A DNA stretch of 56,413 nt, from assembly GCA_045546715.1 (NCBI GenBank), contig JAZQDI010000015.1, forward strand, positions 1-56,413, read 5' to 3'. This document shows, one piece after another, positions 46,077 to 56,311 of the stretch. Position 1 is the stretch's first letter; the number at the start of each line of letters is the position of its first letter. The notes beneath the pieces were generated by a model. It saw only the letters and a list, made by a program, of their open reading frames with translations. It had not been told where the DNA came from and ran no database searches. The position numbers were made by a program, and so were the translations under genes. The DNA comes from Oscillospiraceae bacterium (GTDB lineage Bacteria > Bacillota > Clostridia > Oscillospirales > Oscillospiraceae).

Positions 46077-46160
46077 GGCAGCACTCCTCTCAAAACAGGA
46101 CAATAGCGTTTGACAAATAAAGGATGACCTCATACAATAGCAGACAAGGAGGCGTTACCA

Positions 46161-47042
46161 ATGTATGAGCTGATTCGTGTATCCGAGCACTGCAGTTATA
46201 TTCAGAGCCCGGCCAAAATCGGTCTGGTGGAGCTGGGCAGCGGAAACGTCTGTCTCATTGACAGCGGAAACGACAAGGAGGCCGGGCGCAAGGTGCGCCA
46301 GCATCTGGATCGCTGCAGTTGGAAGCTTACCGCGATTTACAACACCCACTCCAACGCCGATCACATCGGCGGAAACAAATATCTTCAGAATCAAACCGGC
46401 TGCGCCGTATACGCGCCGGGGATTGAACAGGATTTCACCCGGCACCCGATTCTCGAGCCGAGCTTTTTATACGGGGGATATCCCTGCAAGGATCTGCGGC
46501 ACAAGTTTCTCATGGCGCAGGAGAGCGAGGCAAAGCCGCTGACGCCTCAGGTTCTGCCGGAAGGCATGGAGCTGATCCCCCTGCCCGGCCATTTTTTTGA
46601 CATGGTGGGCTTTCGCGCGCCGGAGGGCGTGGTCTATCTGGCCGACTGCCTCTCGAGCCGGGAGACACTGGAAAAATACCGCATCGGCTTTATCTACGAT
46701 GTAAAGGCATATCTCGAGACGCTGGAGATGGTAAAGGGGCTGGAAGGCAGTCTCTTCATCCCGTCGCACGCTGAAGCGACGGAGCACATTGCGCCGCTGG
46801 CACAGCACAACATCGATCTTGTCTGGCAGATTGCCGAGGACATTCTCGCGCTCTGCCGGGAGCCGAAAACCTTTGAAGAGGTCCTGCAGGCGCTCTTTAC
46901 GAGCTACCAGCTGACGATGAACATGGAGCAGTATGTGCTGGTGGGCAGCACAGTGCGGTCTTATCTCAGCTGGCTGAAGGACGATGCTCGGCTGGAGACC
47001 GCATTTGAAAACAACCGAATGATCTGGAAAACGATCGGATGA
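46161..47042 (+). CDS. MBL-fold metallo-hydrolase
   Basis: THSNADHIGG (an HxHxDH variant) and downstream His/Asp ligands. 293 aa. Confidence 0.7.
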   Translation: MYELIRVSEHCSYIQSPAKIGLVELGSGNVCLIDSGNDKEAGRKVRQHLDRCSWKLTAIYNTHSNADHIGGNKYLQNQTGCAVYAPGIEQDFTRHPILEPSFLYGGYPCKDLRHKFLMAQESEAKPLTPQVLPEGMELIPLPGHFFDMVGFRAPEGVVYLADCLSSRETLEKYRIGFIYDVKAYLETLEMVKGLEGSLFIPSHAEATEHIAPLAQHNIDLVWQIAEDILALCREPKTFEEVLQALFTSYQLTMNMEQYVLVGSTVRSYLSWLKDDARLETAFENNRMIWKTIG

Positions 47043-47046
47043 AAGC

Positions 47047-47073
47047 AAAGCCGGAGCGAAATGCTCCGGCTTT
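47047..47073. terminator. Bidirectional terminator
   Basis: aaagccggagc-gaaat-gctccggcttt. Confidence 0.75.
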
Positions 47074-47090
47074 GTTCCGTTTTCTGTGGG

Positions 47091-47771
47091 TTACAGCTTA
47101 GAGGCTGCAGCTTCATCCAGATAGAGTGTCACATCCGTGTGCAGCTGGAGGAAAGAGGCTGGAATAAAGGTCTCCGGACGACCTTCCAGCGTTTTCTGCG
47201 CGGCGTTGGCTTTCTCCTCACCACAGGCAATCAGGAGAATGCGCTTCGCGTTCAGAAGCGTGGCAATGCCCATAGTGACGCCGTGTGTGGGGGTATCATC
47301 GAGAGAGCCAAAGTCTTCGCTCGCGTTCTTGCGCGTAACGTCAGCAAGCTTCATTGTAAAGGTGCCGCTGCCGAAATCCGCTCCAGGCTCGCAGAAGGCG
47401 ACGTGCCCGCGCTCGCCGATACCGAGCAGAACAAGGTCCAGTCCCCCGGCCTCGCGGATGGCGGCGTCATAGTCTTCACCCTCCGCCGGAACGTGTACTG
47501 CGGAAAACGGCGTTTTTTCATACAGCGCAGCGCGAAGCTTCGCGTTCTGAGAGAACGCACCGTCAGCGGCATCGCCGATATATTCGCAGGCATTGAAGCC
47601 CTGCGCCGCAGAAAAGTCCGCGCCGGACGAAGCGATCGCCTCGAGCGCACCGGCAGGGACGTCCACCGATGTGAAGCCAAAGGCGGCCTTCGGATTCTTT
47701 TCCACTGCGGCAGCAAACTCCGCCGCAATTTTCTCAAACAGTTCCTGCTGGGTTCCAATGATCTTGCGCAT
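47091..47771 (-). CDS. Glucosamine-6-phosphate deaminase/6-phosphogluconolactonase family protein
   Basis: LLGIGERGHVAFCEPG and PASFLQLH motifs are typical of the NagB/Pgl fold. Confidence 0.7.
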   Translation of the reverse strand: MRKIIGTQQELFEKIAAEFAAAVEKNPKAAFGFTSVDVPAGALEAIASSGADFSAAQGFNACEYIGDAADGAFSQNAKLRAALYEKTPFSAVHVPAEGEDYDAAIREAGGLDLVLLGIGERGHVAFCEPGADFGSGTFTMKLADVTRKNASEDFGSLDDTPTHGVTMGIATLLNAKRILLIACGEEKANAAQKTLEGRPETFIPASFLQLHTDVTLYLDEAAASKL

Positions 47772-48604
47772 CAGATTTCCACCTCTCCGTCAAAGACAAA
47801 TTCCGCGGGGCCGGTCATATAGATGAGATCTGTTTCGCGATCCCACTCAATGTGCAGCGTGCCGCCCCGCAGGCGCACATCTGCCTCATTGTCACACAAT
47901 CCCAACCGCGCCGTGACCGCAAGCACCGCGCTCGCGCCGGTGCCGCAGGCAAAGGTCTCGCCGCTGCCCCGCTCCCAAACGCGCATATTCAGCGTTTTCC
48001 GGTCAATGATCTGAACAAACTCGGCGTTGGCCCTGTCCGGGAACACCTCGTGGTTTTCAAACGCGGGACCGATGCGTTCAAAGTCAAGCGCATAGGGATC
48101 ATCCACATAAGTGACGACATGGGGATTGCCGACACTCACGGCAGAGACCGTCCATTGTTCACCGAGTACTTCGATCTCCTGCTGCAGGAAGGTCTCTCCC
48201 CCGCCGCGAACAGGCACTGCCTCCGGCCGGAAGTCCGGCGCTCCCATGCACACGCGGACAGAGCGAACCGCGCCGTCATGTACATCGAGCCAGAGTGTTT
48301 TCACGCCGGTCTGCGTGGAGACGGTGATGACGTCTTTATCCGTGAGTCCGCGGTCACGCACATACTTGCCGACGCAGCGGATCGCATTGCCGCACATGCC
48401 GGAGCGCGACCCGTCGGCATTATACATGTCCATATCAAAGTCCGCCGTGTCGGACGGGCTGATGAGCACAAGCCCATCGCCGCCGATGCCGAAATGGCGG
48501 TCAGACAGGCGGATGGAAGTCTTGCCGGGCTCAGATACGGTTTCTTCAAAGCAATTGACATAGATATAGTCATTGCCGCAGCCGTGCATTTTTGTAAACT
48601 TCAT
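47771..48604 (-). CDS. dapF: Diaminopimelate epimerase
   Basis: MKFTKMHGCGNDYIYV N-terminus, plus catalytic Cys motifs GMCGNA and FACGTGA. Confidence 0.92.
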   Translation of the reverse strand: MKFTKMHGCGNDYIYVNCFEETVSEPGKTSIRLSDRHFGIGGDGLVLISPSDTADFDMDMYNADGSRSGMCGNAIRCVGKYVRDRGLTDKDVITVSTQTGVKTLWLDVHDGAVRSVRVCMGAPDFRPEAVPVRGGGETFLQQEIEVLGEQWTVSAVSVGNPHVVTYVDDPYALDFERIGPAFENHEVFPDRANAEFVQIIDRKTLNMRVWERGSGETFACGTGASAVLAVTARLGLCDNEADVRLRGGTLHIEWDRETDLIYMTGPAEFVFDGEVEI

Positions 48605-48655
48605 GGATACCTCCGATGAATTCCGGAAAACCTATTCCGGAAGGGATGTGGTCTC

Positions 48656-49327
48656 ATGCTGGAAGCACTGTGGCGCACCGCAGTCGTCTATGCGCTGCTG
48701 CTGATTGCCATGCGTTTGCTGGGAAAACGGCAGCTGGGCGAGCTGGAGCTCTCAGAGTTGGTGGTCACCGTGCTGGTGGCGGACATCTCCGTGCGTCCGA
48801 TTCTGGAGGCGGAGCTGCCGCTCTGGGAGAGTCTCACTCCGTTGGCAGTTCTGTTCGGGTTTGAATACGCGATCTCCGTCTTGAGTCTCAAAAGCGTCTT
48901 TCTCCGGACCGCGCTCTTCGGAAAGCCAAGCGTCCTGATTCGAAATGGGCAGGTCGATCAGGCGGAAATGCGCCGCAACCGCTTCACGCTCGACGAGCTG
49001 ATGCAGGAGCTGCGAAATCAGGGCGTACAGGACCCGGGTACCGTGGCATACGCCGTGCTGGAGACGAGCGGCACGCTCAATCTTCTGCTCAAAGCCGAAG
49101 AGCAGCCCGTAACGCCGAAGCAGCTGGGTCTCAAAATCCCGGAGCCGGGATACTACACCATTCTCATCAACGACGGGCGCACGCTCTCAGAAAATCTGCG
49201 CCGGATGGGAAAAGATGAGCGCTGGCTGGAGAAGGCCGTGAAGGCACATGGCGCAAACGACGCCCGAGACGTCTATCTGTTTCTGATGAACGACGCGGGC
49301 GACGTGTGTTTTGAAAAAAAGGATTAG
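48656..49327 (+). CDS. DUF421 (YetF-like) membrane protein
   Basis: N-terminal TM helices followed by [20 protein letters not shown] and a C-terminal soluble domain. Confidence 0.65.
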   Translation: MLEALWRTAVVYALLLIAMRLLGKRQLGELELSELVVTVLVADISVRPILEAELPLWESLTPLAVLFGFEYAISVLSLKSVFLRTALFGKPSVLIRNGQVDQAEMRRNRFTLDELMQELRNQGVQDPGTVAYAVLETSGTLNLLLKAEEQPVTPKQLGLKIPEPGYYTILINDGRTLSENLRRMGKDERWLEKAVKAHGANDARDVYLFLMNDAGDVCFEKKD

Positions 49328-49782
49328 GATCGATTGTTCAGAAGCTTCGTAAGCTCCTGCATAAAGGTATCGATGTCCTTGAACTGCCGGTAAACCGAGG
49401 CAAAGCGCACATAGGCAACCTCGTCCACATTCTTCAGACGGCTCATGACCATCTCGCCCACCTCTTCAGTGGTGACCTCGCGGTCAAGAGCACCCTGCAG
49501 ATCCTGCTCAATTTCATCGGCAATCTGCTCCAGCACCGGCAGCGGAATCTTCCGCTTGTCGCAGGCACGAACCATGCCGTTAATGAGCTTGGTTTTGTCG
49601 AAGGTCTGGCGGGTACCGTCCCGCTTGATAACCACAAGAGGCAGACTCTCTATGGTCTCATACGTGGTAAAGCGCTTGTGGCATGCCAGACACTCCCGGC
49701 GGCGGCGGATGCTGGTGCTCTCGTCTGCCGGACGGGAATCAATGACCTTGCTCTCTAAGAAACCGCAAAACGGGCATTTCAT
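49324..49782 (-). CDS. nrdR: Transcriptional repressor NrdR
   Basis: [18 protein letters not shown]...[16 protein letters not shown] zinc ribbon plus an ATP-cone. Confidence 0.93.
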   Translation of the reverse strand: MKCPFCGFLESKVIDSRPADESTSIRRRRECLACHKRFTTYETIESLPLVVIKRDGTRQTFDKTKLINGMVRACDKRKIPLPVLEQIADEIEQDLQGALDREVTTEEVGEMVMSRLKNVDEVAYVRFASVYRQFKDIDTFMQELTKLLNNRS

Positions 49783-49944
49783 GAAAATCTTACCTCCCGA
49801 AGTCACATTATGTAAATCATGAGAGCATTATAACACAGGAATGTCGCCAATGCACGAAAAAAATTCGGTTTCCATAAAATTTTAAGAAAAAAGTGGTAAT
49901 GTGTGGTATAATACCTGTATCTGACCGCAAGGAGGCATGAAACC

Positions 49945-50583
49945 ATGCAGTTTCCATCCGCTGATAAAGTCGCCTGGGCCGACTGGCCAAGGCAGGAAAT
50001 CTTCAACTTCTTCTCCGGAATGCCCGATCCCTTTTTTTCCGTGACCTTTACGTTGGATGTGACGAATGTAAAGGTATTTACGAAAGAGAACGGTCTTTCC
50101 TTTTACTACGCCATGGTATGGCTGTGCAGCAAAGCGCTGGATCAGGTTGACGCGGTTCACTATACTCTGCGCGGCGGTGAGCTCTACCGATTGGAAACGC
50201 GCTGGCCCAGCTTCACAGATCTCAAGCCCGGCAAAGAGCAGTTTCACATCGTAACCATGCCGGCAGGCGACGAGATCAAAACGTTCTGCCGGGATGCAAA
50301 GGAAAAGAGTATGGCGCAGGAGAACTTTATCAACATGGATGTCGAGGGTGACTTTCTCTGGTTCTGCTCCTGCCTGCCGTGGCTGCCGCTCACCGCGCTG
50401 AAAAACGAGGGCACCAGCAACAAGGATGACGCCATCCCCCGCCTCGCCTGGGGAAAGTATACGGAGGAAAACGGCAGATATACGCTGGGGCTCTCTTTTG
50501 AAGCCAATCACCGGTTCATTGACGGGCTGCACGTGGGACAGTTTTATCAGGCGCTCTGTAAATTGATTGACAATTTGGTGTAA
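49945..50583 (+). CDS. Chloramphenicol-acetyltransferase (CAT) family protein
   Basis: WPRQEIFNFF N-terminal motif and the C-terminal catalytic-His region NHRFIDGLHVGQFYQAL. 212 aa. Confidence 0.7.
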   Translation: MQFPSADKVAWADWPRQEIFNFFSGMPDPFFSVTFTLDVTNVKVFTKENGLSFYYAMVWLCSKALDQVDAVHYTLRGGELYRLETRWPSFTDLKPGKEQFHIVTMPAGDEIKTFCRDAKEKSMAQENFINMDVEGDFLWFCSCLPWLPLTALKNEGTSNKDDAIPRLAWGKYTEENGRYTLGLSFEANHRFIDGLHVGQFYQALCKLIDNLV

Positions 50584-50663
50584 AATCGTCGATTTATCTT
50601 GCATGTTTTTTCCTGCCGTGATATAGTGGAATCAACCAAAATAAAGAATTGGAGGGAAACCCT

Positions 50664-51035
50664 ATGGGCAAATTTGCAGTCAAAACCGTGAAGACCGGCA
50701 TCAAGTTCAATCTGAAAGCCAACAACGGTGAGATTATCGCCACCTCGGAGATTTACAACTCCAAGGCCGCCTGCCTGAATGGCATTGAGAGCGTGCGCAA
50801 GAACGCTCCCATCGCCCCCATTGAGGATCAGACGGTGGAAGGCTTCGCCGTGGAGAAGAACCCCAAGTTCGAAATGTATGTCGACAAGGCGGGCGAATAT
50901 CGCTTCCGCCTGAAAGCGCGCAACGGAGAAATCATTGCCGTCGGCGAGGGCTACAAGGCCAAAGCAAGCTGCAAAAACGGCATTGAATCCATCAAGAAAA
51001 ACGCCCCTGACGCGGAGATCGTCGAAGAGGAATAA
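50664..51035 (+). CDS. YegP-family (tandem DUF1508) protein
   Basis: Two repeats of F.LKA.NGEIIA.SE.Y..KA.C.NGIES.KKNAP. Confidence 0.8.
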   Translation: MGKFAVKTVKTGIKFNLKANNGEIIATSEIYNSKAACLNGIESVRKNAPIAPIEDQTVEGFAVEKNPKFEMYVDKAGEYRFRLKARNGEIIAVGEGYKAKASCKNGIESIKKNAPDAEIVEEE

Positions 51036-51160
51036 CCCGCAGAGATATGAAAAGCTCCCGGATCATTGATCCGGGAGCTTTTCACTTTGACAGGGAGTCT
51101 GCGCGAGGAGATGACCAGAACCACCAAAGCCGTTTCCGCGCAGCGCAGGCTCCCCTTTTC

Positions 51161-51955
51161 TCACTGCAGATTGAGACGTTTGGAAAGCATGAAATGCGTA
51201 ATCACATAATACACCGCAGCAACAGCAGCATTAAACGCAGTGGTGCGCCAGAGCAGCGCATTCGCCACGGTATAGGCCGCATCCTGCTCGATCAGCGACT
51301 CCAGCGAGCCTGCAACGGAGGTGAGCGTGCCGGAAAGGACAAAAGAGCTGAGAATCTGAACCACAATGTAAAACACAAAGAAGAACACCACGGTCATGAG
51401 CGTTTTGTGGCTGCGGAAGCTCTGACCGACCGACATGGCGGCGTAGAACATGAGGCACAGATTCACGCCCGTGACCAGAACGCTGCAGATCACACCGAGG
51501 AGCATGCTGCGCTGCTGCGCATCGCTGAAGCCGGACAGGTTGATGCTCGTAAAAATGTCCAGCATGTCGTTTTTATACGATACCAGCATCGCGCAGAGGC
51601 TCACCACAACTGCAGAGCAGAAAAACCACACAATGGCAACAATGAGCTTCGACCAGATGAGCTCGCCCGTGGTCACAGGAAGCGTGAACATGAGGTATCC
51701 TTCATCAGACATAAGGTTTCTCTTAAACCGCCAGATCATGAGCACAAAGCTCACGACCACGACGGCAAGCATCGCAAGCACAAAGAGGATAGACATGAGC
51801 TGCGTGAAGAAATAGAGGAAACCTCCGTCCACGCGGCCGCTCTGCAGCGCCGGTCCGAGACGGCTCAGCAGTGCAAGAAGCGCTGCCGCCACATACACCG
51901 GCAGCATCAGCCGGGCCGTTGCCCGGAAATCTTGTTTCAACAGCTTCAGGAACAT
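51161..51955 (-). CDS. ABC-2-type transporter permease
   Basis: A 6-TM hydrophobic protein that overlaps the ATPase gene end. Confidence 0.6.
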   Translation of the reverse strand: MFLKLLKQDFRATARLMLPVYVAAALLALLSRLGPALQSGRVDGGFLYFFTQLMSILFVLAMLAVVVVSFVLMIWRFKRNLMSDEGYLMFTLPVTTGELIWSKLIVAIVWFFCSAVVVSLCAMLVSYKNDMLDIFTSINLSGFSDAQQRSMLLGVICSVLVTGVNLCLMFYAAMSVGQSFRSHKTLMTVVFFFVFYIVVQILSSFVLSGTLTSVAGSLESLIEQDAAYTVANALLWRTTAFNAAVAAVYYVITHFMLSKRLNLQ

Positions 51956-52644
51956 CTGAACACCTCCCGGAACAGAGCATCCACACTCTTGCCCTCCTGG
52001 GCGCGGATTTCATCCACCGTCTTATGGAGAAGAATGTGGCCGTATTGCAGGAAAATCACATCGTCCAGCACGTTTTCCACATCAGAGATCAGGTGCGTAG
52101 AAATGATAACAGCAGCCTCGGGGTCATAGTTGCTGATGATCGTATGCAGAATATAGTCCCGCGTCGCAGGGTCCACGCCGCCGATTGGCTCATCGAGCAG
52201 ATAGAGCTTCGCGCGGCGGCTCATGACCAGAATGAGCTGCACCTTCTCTCGCATGCCCTTGGACATTTCCTTGATGTGCATCTTCGGTGTGATGTTCATA
52301 TGCTGCAGCATATCGAGCGCGCGGGCGCGGTCAAAGTCTGCGTAAAAGTCCTCGAACATGCCGATCAGCTGATCTACACGCATCCAATCGCTGAAATATG
52401 GGCGCTCCGGCAGATAGGAGACGATGTTCTTTGTTGCCTTGGATGGTTTCTTTCCGTCAATGAGAATCTCACCGCTGTCGGGCTGCAGGAGCCCGTTTGC
52501 GAGCTTGATGAGCGTGGTTTTGCCGCTGCCGTTCGGGCCCAGCAGTCCCACAATGCCTCCGGGCTGAATCTGGAGATCAATATGATCGAGGGCAGGCTGC
52601 GCGCTGTAGCGCTTGGTCAGCTGCCGACACTCTAAAATTGCCAT
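51946..52644 (-). CDS. ABC transporter ATP-binding protein
   Basis: Walker A GPNGSGKTT, signature-like MSKGMRE, and Walker B LYLLDEP. Confidence 0.88.
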   Translation of the reverse strand: MAILECRQLTKRYSAQPALDHIDLQIQPGGIVGLLGPNGSGKTTLIKLANGLLQPDSGEILIDGKKPSKATKNIVSYLPERPYFSDWMRVDQLIGMFEDFYADFDRARALDMLQHMNITPKMHIKEMSKGMREKVQLILVMSRRAKLYLLDEPIGGVDPATRDYILHTIISNYDPEAAVIISTHLISDVENVLDDVIFLQYGHILLHKTVDEIRAQEGKSVDALFREVFRCS

Positions 52645-52647
52645 GGC

Positions 52648-53022
52648 TTATTCTCCCTTCTCTGATTTCCCGCTGCTGCTGAGCATCTGCAGCGCCTCAT
52701 TCTGGTCAAACCCGAGTCGGCGCATGGTCACCCAGAAGGTCTGGATGGCAGCAGACGCCAGATGGCGCTTTGCTGCCTCCACGAGGCTGGCCTCGGATGT
52801 GACATTTCTGCCGGATGTGCGCTGCGTGAGCACAAGGCCCTCGCGCTCCAGCTCAGCAAACGCGCGCTGCATGGTATTCGGATTGACCCCGGCGTCTGCC
52901 GCCAGTTCCCGGACAGAGGGCAGCTTGGCGCCAAGCGGAAATTCCCCGGAAATGATCGCCAGCTTGATATGCTCCACCAGCTGGGAATAGACCGGCGCGT
53001 CGCTGCGGATGTTCCACCGCAT
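52648..53022 (-). CDS. GntR (YtrA-subfamily) transcriptional regulator
   Basis: The wHTH reads LPSVRELAADAGVNPNTMQRAFAELEREGLV. A short 124-aa form heads an ABC operon. Confidence 0.85.
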   Translation of the reverse strand: MRWNIRSDAPVYSQLVEHIKLAIISGEFPLGAKLPSVRELAADAGVNPNTMQRAFAELEREGLVLTQRTSGRNVTSEASLVEAAKRHLASAAIQTFWVTMRRLGFDQNEALQMLSSSGKSEKGE

Positions 53023-53147
53023 GGGCGATCCCTCCTTTTTTGTCTTTTTGTATTAGGCAATTAATACAATAGCACAGTAATACAATCTTGTCAAGAGGCA
53101 CAAAAAACAGCCATGAAAACATGGCTGTTTTATAAATCAATTTTTGA

Positions 53148-54245
53148 TTAATCCGCATTCAGCGTCACATTCAGAAGCACCGGGTTGTGGTCTGAATAGA
53201 GGAATCCGGCGTCCTGTGTCTCCACGCTGTCCAGACGGACATTGGGCGAGAGGATGAATCCGTCGATCACATAATACTGTGTGGCAGGATTCCCGGGATC
53301 ATAGGGCATGTTCAGCAGGCGGCAGGACGGCACAGAGGTATCATAGGCAAACTGCCAGCCCTCACCGGGGAGATCGGAATCATCCAGCGTGCCGGGCGCC
53401 CAGTAGTTTGCGTCCACCATGGGATAGATATTCAGACCGCCGGGGAACGTCTGGTTAAAGTCGCCGCCCGCGATGACATAGTTCCCTGCCTCATATTCCT
53501 TCGCAAGCAGCTCGGTGAGCGCCTTGGTCTGGGCAATCTTTCCCTCGCCGTCATCATAGGCCTCAAGGTGCAGATTCACCAGCACCAGCTCCTTCTCAGA
53601 ATCCGCGAGCGGGATGCGCGTGACGAGCAGACAGCGCTTGAGATTCGCCGTGGAGATTGGCCACGAGAAGGGACTCGGCAGCGCTACACGCTCAGCGCCG
53701 CTGAGTTCCTGCGCCGTGCTCAGCGTGAACAGACCGCTGGACACCTTGCCGAGCGGAGGCCACGGGAACGGCACAAAGGCACATTTATAGTTTTTGGCAT
53801 AGGCATTGATCAGCCCGGTCGCATCTGCGATCGCATCCGTCTCCAAAACGCCGTAGCTGCGCGTGGAACCGGAGTCCACCTCCTGCAGGATGCTGAAGTC
53901 CGCGTCCAAGGACTGAATTTGAGAAACAATACCGTCGAGATTCTTTTCCACCACGGCCTTACTCTCCGGACGAGTCTGCTCACCGCCGTCCATGAAGAAA
54001 TCCGACTCCTGGCCGAGTGAGCCATAGCCGATGTTCCAGCTGGCAACCGTGATGGTATCTCCGTCAGAGAAGCTGCGGCTGCTCTCGGAGCGGTCCGCCA
54101 TGAGATTCACATCCGCGCCTTCCGTATCCGGATTGAGCTGTGTGATCGTGAGGAAGGCGAAGAACGCCGCAATCAGAAGCACCAGCACCATAAGAAAGAT
54201 TCCAATTCCTTTGAGAACTTTCAAGGCAGTACACCTCTTTTTCAT
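53148..54245 (-). CDS. Endonuclease/exonuclease/phosphatase (EEP) family protein with N-terminal membrane anchor
   Basis: TVASWNIGYG, LQEVD, GDFN and SDHNPV motifs. Confidence 0.8.
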   Translation of the reverse strand: MKKRCTALKVLKGIGIFLMVLVLLIAAFFAFLTITQLNPDTEGADVNLMADRSESSRSFSDGDTITVASWNIGYGSLGQESDFFMDGGEQTRPESKAVVEKNLDGIVSQIQSLDADFSILQEVDSGSTRSYGVLETDAIADATGLINAYAKNYKCAFVPFPWPPLGKVSSGLFTLSTAQELSGAERVALPSPFSWPISTANLKRCLLVTRIPLADSEKELVLVNLHLEAYDDGEGKIAQTKALTELLAKEYEAGNYVIAGGDFNQTFPGGLNIYPMVDANYWAPGTLDDSDLPGEGWQFAYDTSVPSCRLLNMPYDPGNPATQYYVIDGFILSPNVRLDSVETQDAGFLYSDHNPVLLNVTLNAD

Positions 54246-54289
54246 TTTGATAGAAGAAGTATACCACACATGCCGTCAAATGGAAAGAC

Positions 54290-54763
54290 TCAGCGGTTGA
54301 GAAAATACACACCGAGATTGAGATAGCCTGCGAAAAGCAGCCAGAGAATATAGGGGATCTGGAGCTTTGCTGCGGTGGAACTGTGTTTTTCAAACTCGGA
54401 GACCATCTCCCCCACCAGCACCAGCAAAAGCAGCAGCCAGAAAAAAGCGAGCAGCCGGATCTTCCAGACAAAGAACAGCAGCGGCCAGATGAAATTTACG
54501 AGCAGCTGTGCGCTCCAAAACGCAACCGCACGGCGCCGATTCTCTCCCTCGCTCACGCGCCAGACCATGCCCATGCCGACTCCCATGAGCAGATAAAGAA
54601 TCGACCATGCAACCGGAAAAATCCATCCAGGCGGCGAAAGGGGCGGCTGACGAAGAGCGGAAAACGCCTCCATTTCTCCCTGTGTGAGCAGCGCGGACAG
54701 GCCGCCCACGGCAAGTGCCGCGGCAGAGAAACCGAAATACGGTCGAATTTTCGTCCACATCAA
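54290..54763 (-). CDS. tspO: TspO/MBR tryptophan-rich sensory protein
   Basis: A Trp-rich 5-TM protein with PPGWIFPVAWSILY and NFIWPLLFF motifs. Confidence 0.85.
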   Translation of the reverse strand: MMWTKIRPYFGFSAAALAVGGLSALLTQGEMEAFSALRQPPLSPPGWIFPVAWSILYLLMGVGMGMVWRVSEGENRRRAVAFWSAQLLVNFIWPLLFFVWKIRLLAFFWLLLLLVLVGEMVSEFEKHSSTAAKLQIPYILWLLFAGYLNLGVYFLNR

Positions 54764-54927
54764 TCATTCACCTCAGAATCATATTTGCCAAGATACCAAA
54801 GTTTATGCGTCTTCGCGGCCAAAAATCACGCAATTCTCCAAAAATCCCGCGGCGGCTTGCTTTTCGCGCGCAAAACAGTTAGAATGTCTTTGGATTTTTA
54901 CCATTTAACCCAAAGAATTAAACGGAG

Positions 54928-56178
54928 ATGATTCCATTGCATTACGACATTCTGAAGCACGAGGATCCGGAGCTTTTCGCCAGCATGGAGCGGGAGCTCG
55001 AGCGCCAGCGCAATCACATCGAGCTGATTGCCTCTGAGAACTTTACCAGCCGCGCAGTGATGGAGGCCATGGGCAGCCATCTGACGAACAAATACGCCGA
55101 GGGATACCCCGGCGCGCGGTATTACGGCGGCTGCGACTTCGTCGACGAGGTGGAGCGCATTGCCATCCAGCGCGCGAAGGATCTCTTCGGCGCGGAGCAT
55201 GTGAACGTGCAGCCGCACTCCGGCGCACAGGCAAACATTGCCGTTTACGCGGCGCTGCTTCAGCCGGGCGATAAGATTCTCGGCATGGATCTCGCGCACG
55301 GCGGTCATCTGACGCACGGCAGCAAGGCGAGCGTGTCCGGCCGCTACTACGAGCCGCACTACTATGGTGTGAGCAAGGAGACCGAGACCATCGATTACGA
55401 TGAGGTTGCCCGCATTGCAGACGAAGTGAAGCCCAAGCTGATTGTGGCAGGCGCAAGCGCCTATCCCCGTCTGATTGATTTCAAAAAATTCCGCGAAATT
55501 GCGGATGCCTGCGGCGCATATTTGATGGTGGATATGGCGCATATCGGCGGTCTGGTTGCCGGCGGCGTGCACCCCTCCCCTGTCCCCTATGCCGACGTCG
55601 TGACCAGCACGACGCACAAGACGCTGCGCGGCCCGCGCGGCGCGGTCATCCTCTGCAAGGAGGAGCTTGCAAAGAAAATCGACAGCGGCGTGTTCCCGCG
55701 CACGCAGGGCGGTCCGCTCATGCACATCATCGCGGCGAAGGCCGTTTGCTTCCGCGAGGCGGCAGAGCCGAAGTTCCAGGCCGATCAGGTACAGGTCGTG
55801 AAAAACGCGCAGGTTCTCGCGCAGACGCTGGTCGACGCCGGTGTGCGTCTTGTCTCCGGCGGAACGGACAACCACCTGATGCTCGTGGATGTAAACAGCC
55901 GCGGCCGTACGGGTCGGGAGATTCAGGAGCTGCTGGACATGGCGAACATCACCGCCAACAAGAACGCCATTCCGTTTGATACGCTTCCCGTGAAGGAGAC
56001 CAGCGGCGTGCGTTTGGGTACGCCTGCGAGCACGGCCCGCGGAATGAAGGAAGACGCCATGGTGCAGATCGGCAACGGCATCGTTCGCCTGATCAACGAG
56101 GGCGAGAGCGCAGTGCCGGAAGTGAAAGAGATGGTTCTCAATCTCTGCGAGCAATATCCGCTGTATCCGGAAGCATAA
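54928..56178 (+). CDS. glyA: Serine hydroxymethyltransferase
   Basis: Full-length SHMT with PLP-Lys motif [16 protein letters not shown] 54937 is an alternative start. Confidence 0.95.
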   Translation: MIPLHYDILKHEDPELFASMERELERQRNHIELIASENFTSRAVMEAMGSHLTNKYAEGYPGARYYGGCDFVDEVERIAIQRAKDLFGAEHVNVQPHSGAQANIAVYAALLQPGDKILGMDLAHGGHLTHGSKASVSGRYYEPHYYGVSKETETIDYDEVARIADEVKPKLIVAGASAYPRLIDFKKFREIADACGAYLMVDMAHIGGLVAGGVHPSPVPYADVVTSTTHKTLRGPRGAVILCKEELAKKIDSGVFPRTQGGPLMHIIAAKAVCFREAAEPKFQADQVQVVKNAQVLAQTLVDAGVRLVSGGTDNHLMLVDVNSRGRTGREIQELLDMANITANKNAIPFDTLPVKETSGVRLGTPASTARGMKEDAMVQIGNGIVRLINEGESAVPEVKEMVLNLCEQYPLYPEA

Positions 56179-56227
56179 CTGTACAAGCGACAGAAAGCCC
56201 GGAAGCAGATCCGATTCAGGATCTGCT
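56126..56227. repeat. Genuine copy of the 102-nt segment duplicated after the adapter (glyA 3' end plus partial terminator hairpin agcagatcc/ggatctgct)
   Basis: Identical to 56312..56413. Confidence 0.9.
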
Positions 56228-56311
56228 AAGTCGGATCGTAGCCATGTCGTTCTGTGAGCCAAGGAGTTGGGTCTAGTCATTGTCTTCCTAAGACCGCTTG
56301 GCCTCCGACTT
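56228..56311. other. MGI/BGI DNBSEQ adapter read-through (contaminant), perfect copy
   Basis: The same 84-nt adapter-index-adapter string as 77..160, here with the canonical AAGACCGCTTGG. Confidence 0.93.

Noticed and set aside
54764-54927. A ZTP/THF/T-box type leader upstream of glyA.
   Set aside because: No conserved core sequences of these RNAs could be recognised by eye. A covariance-model scan would be needed, so nothing is claimed.
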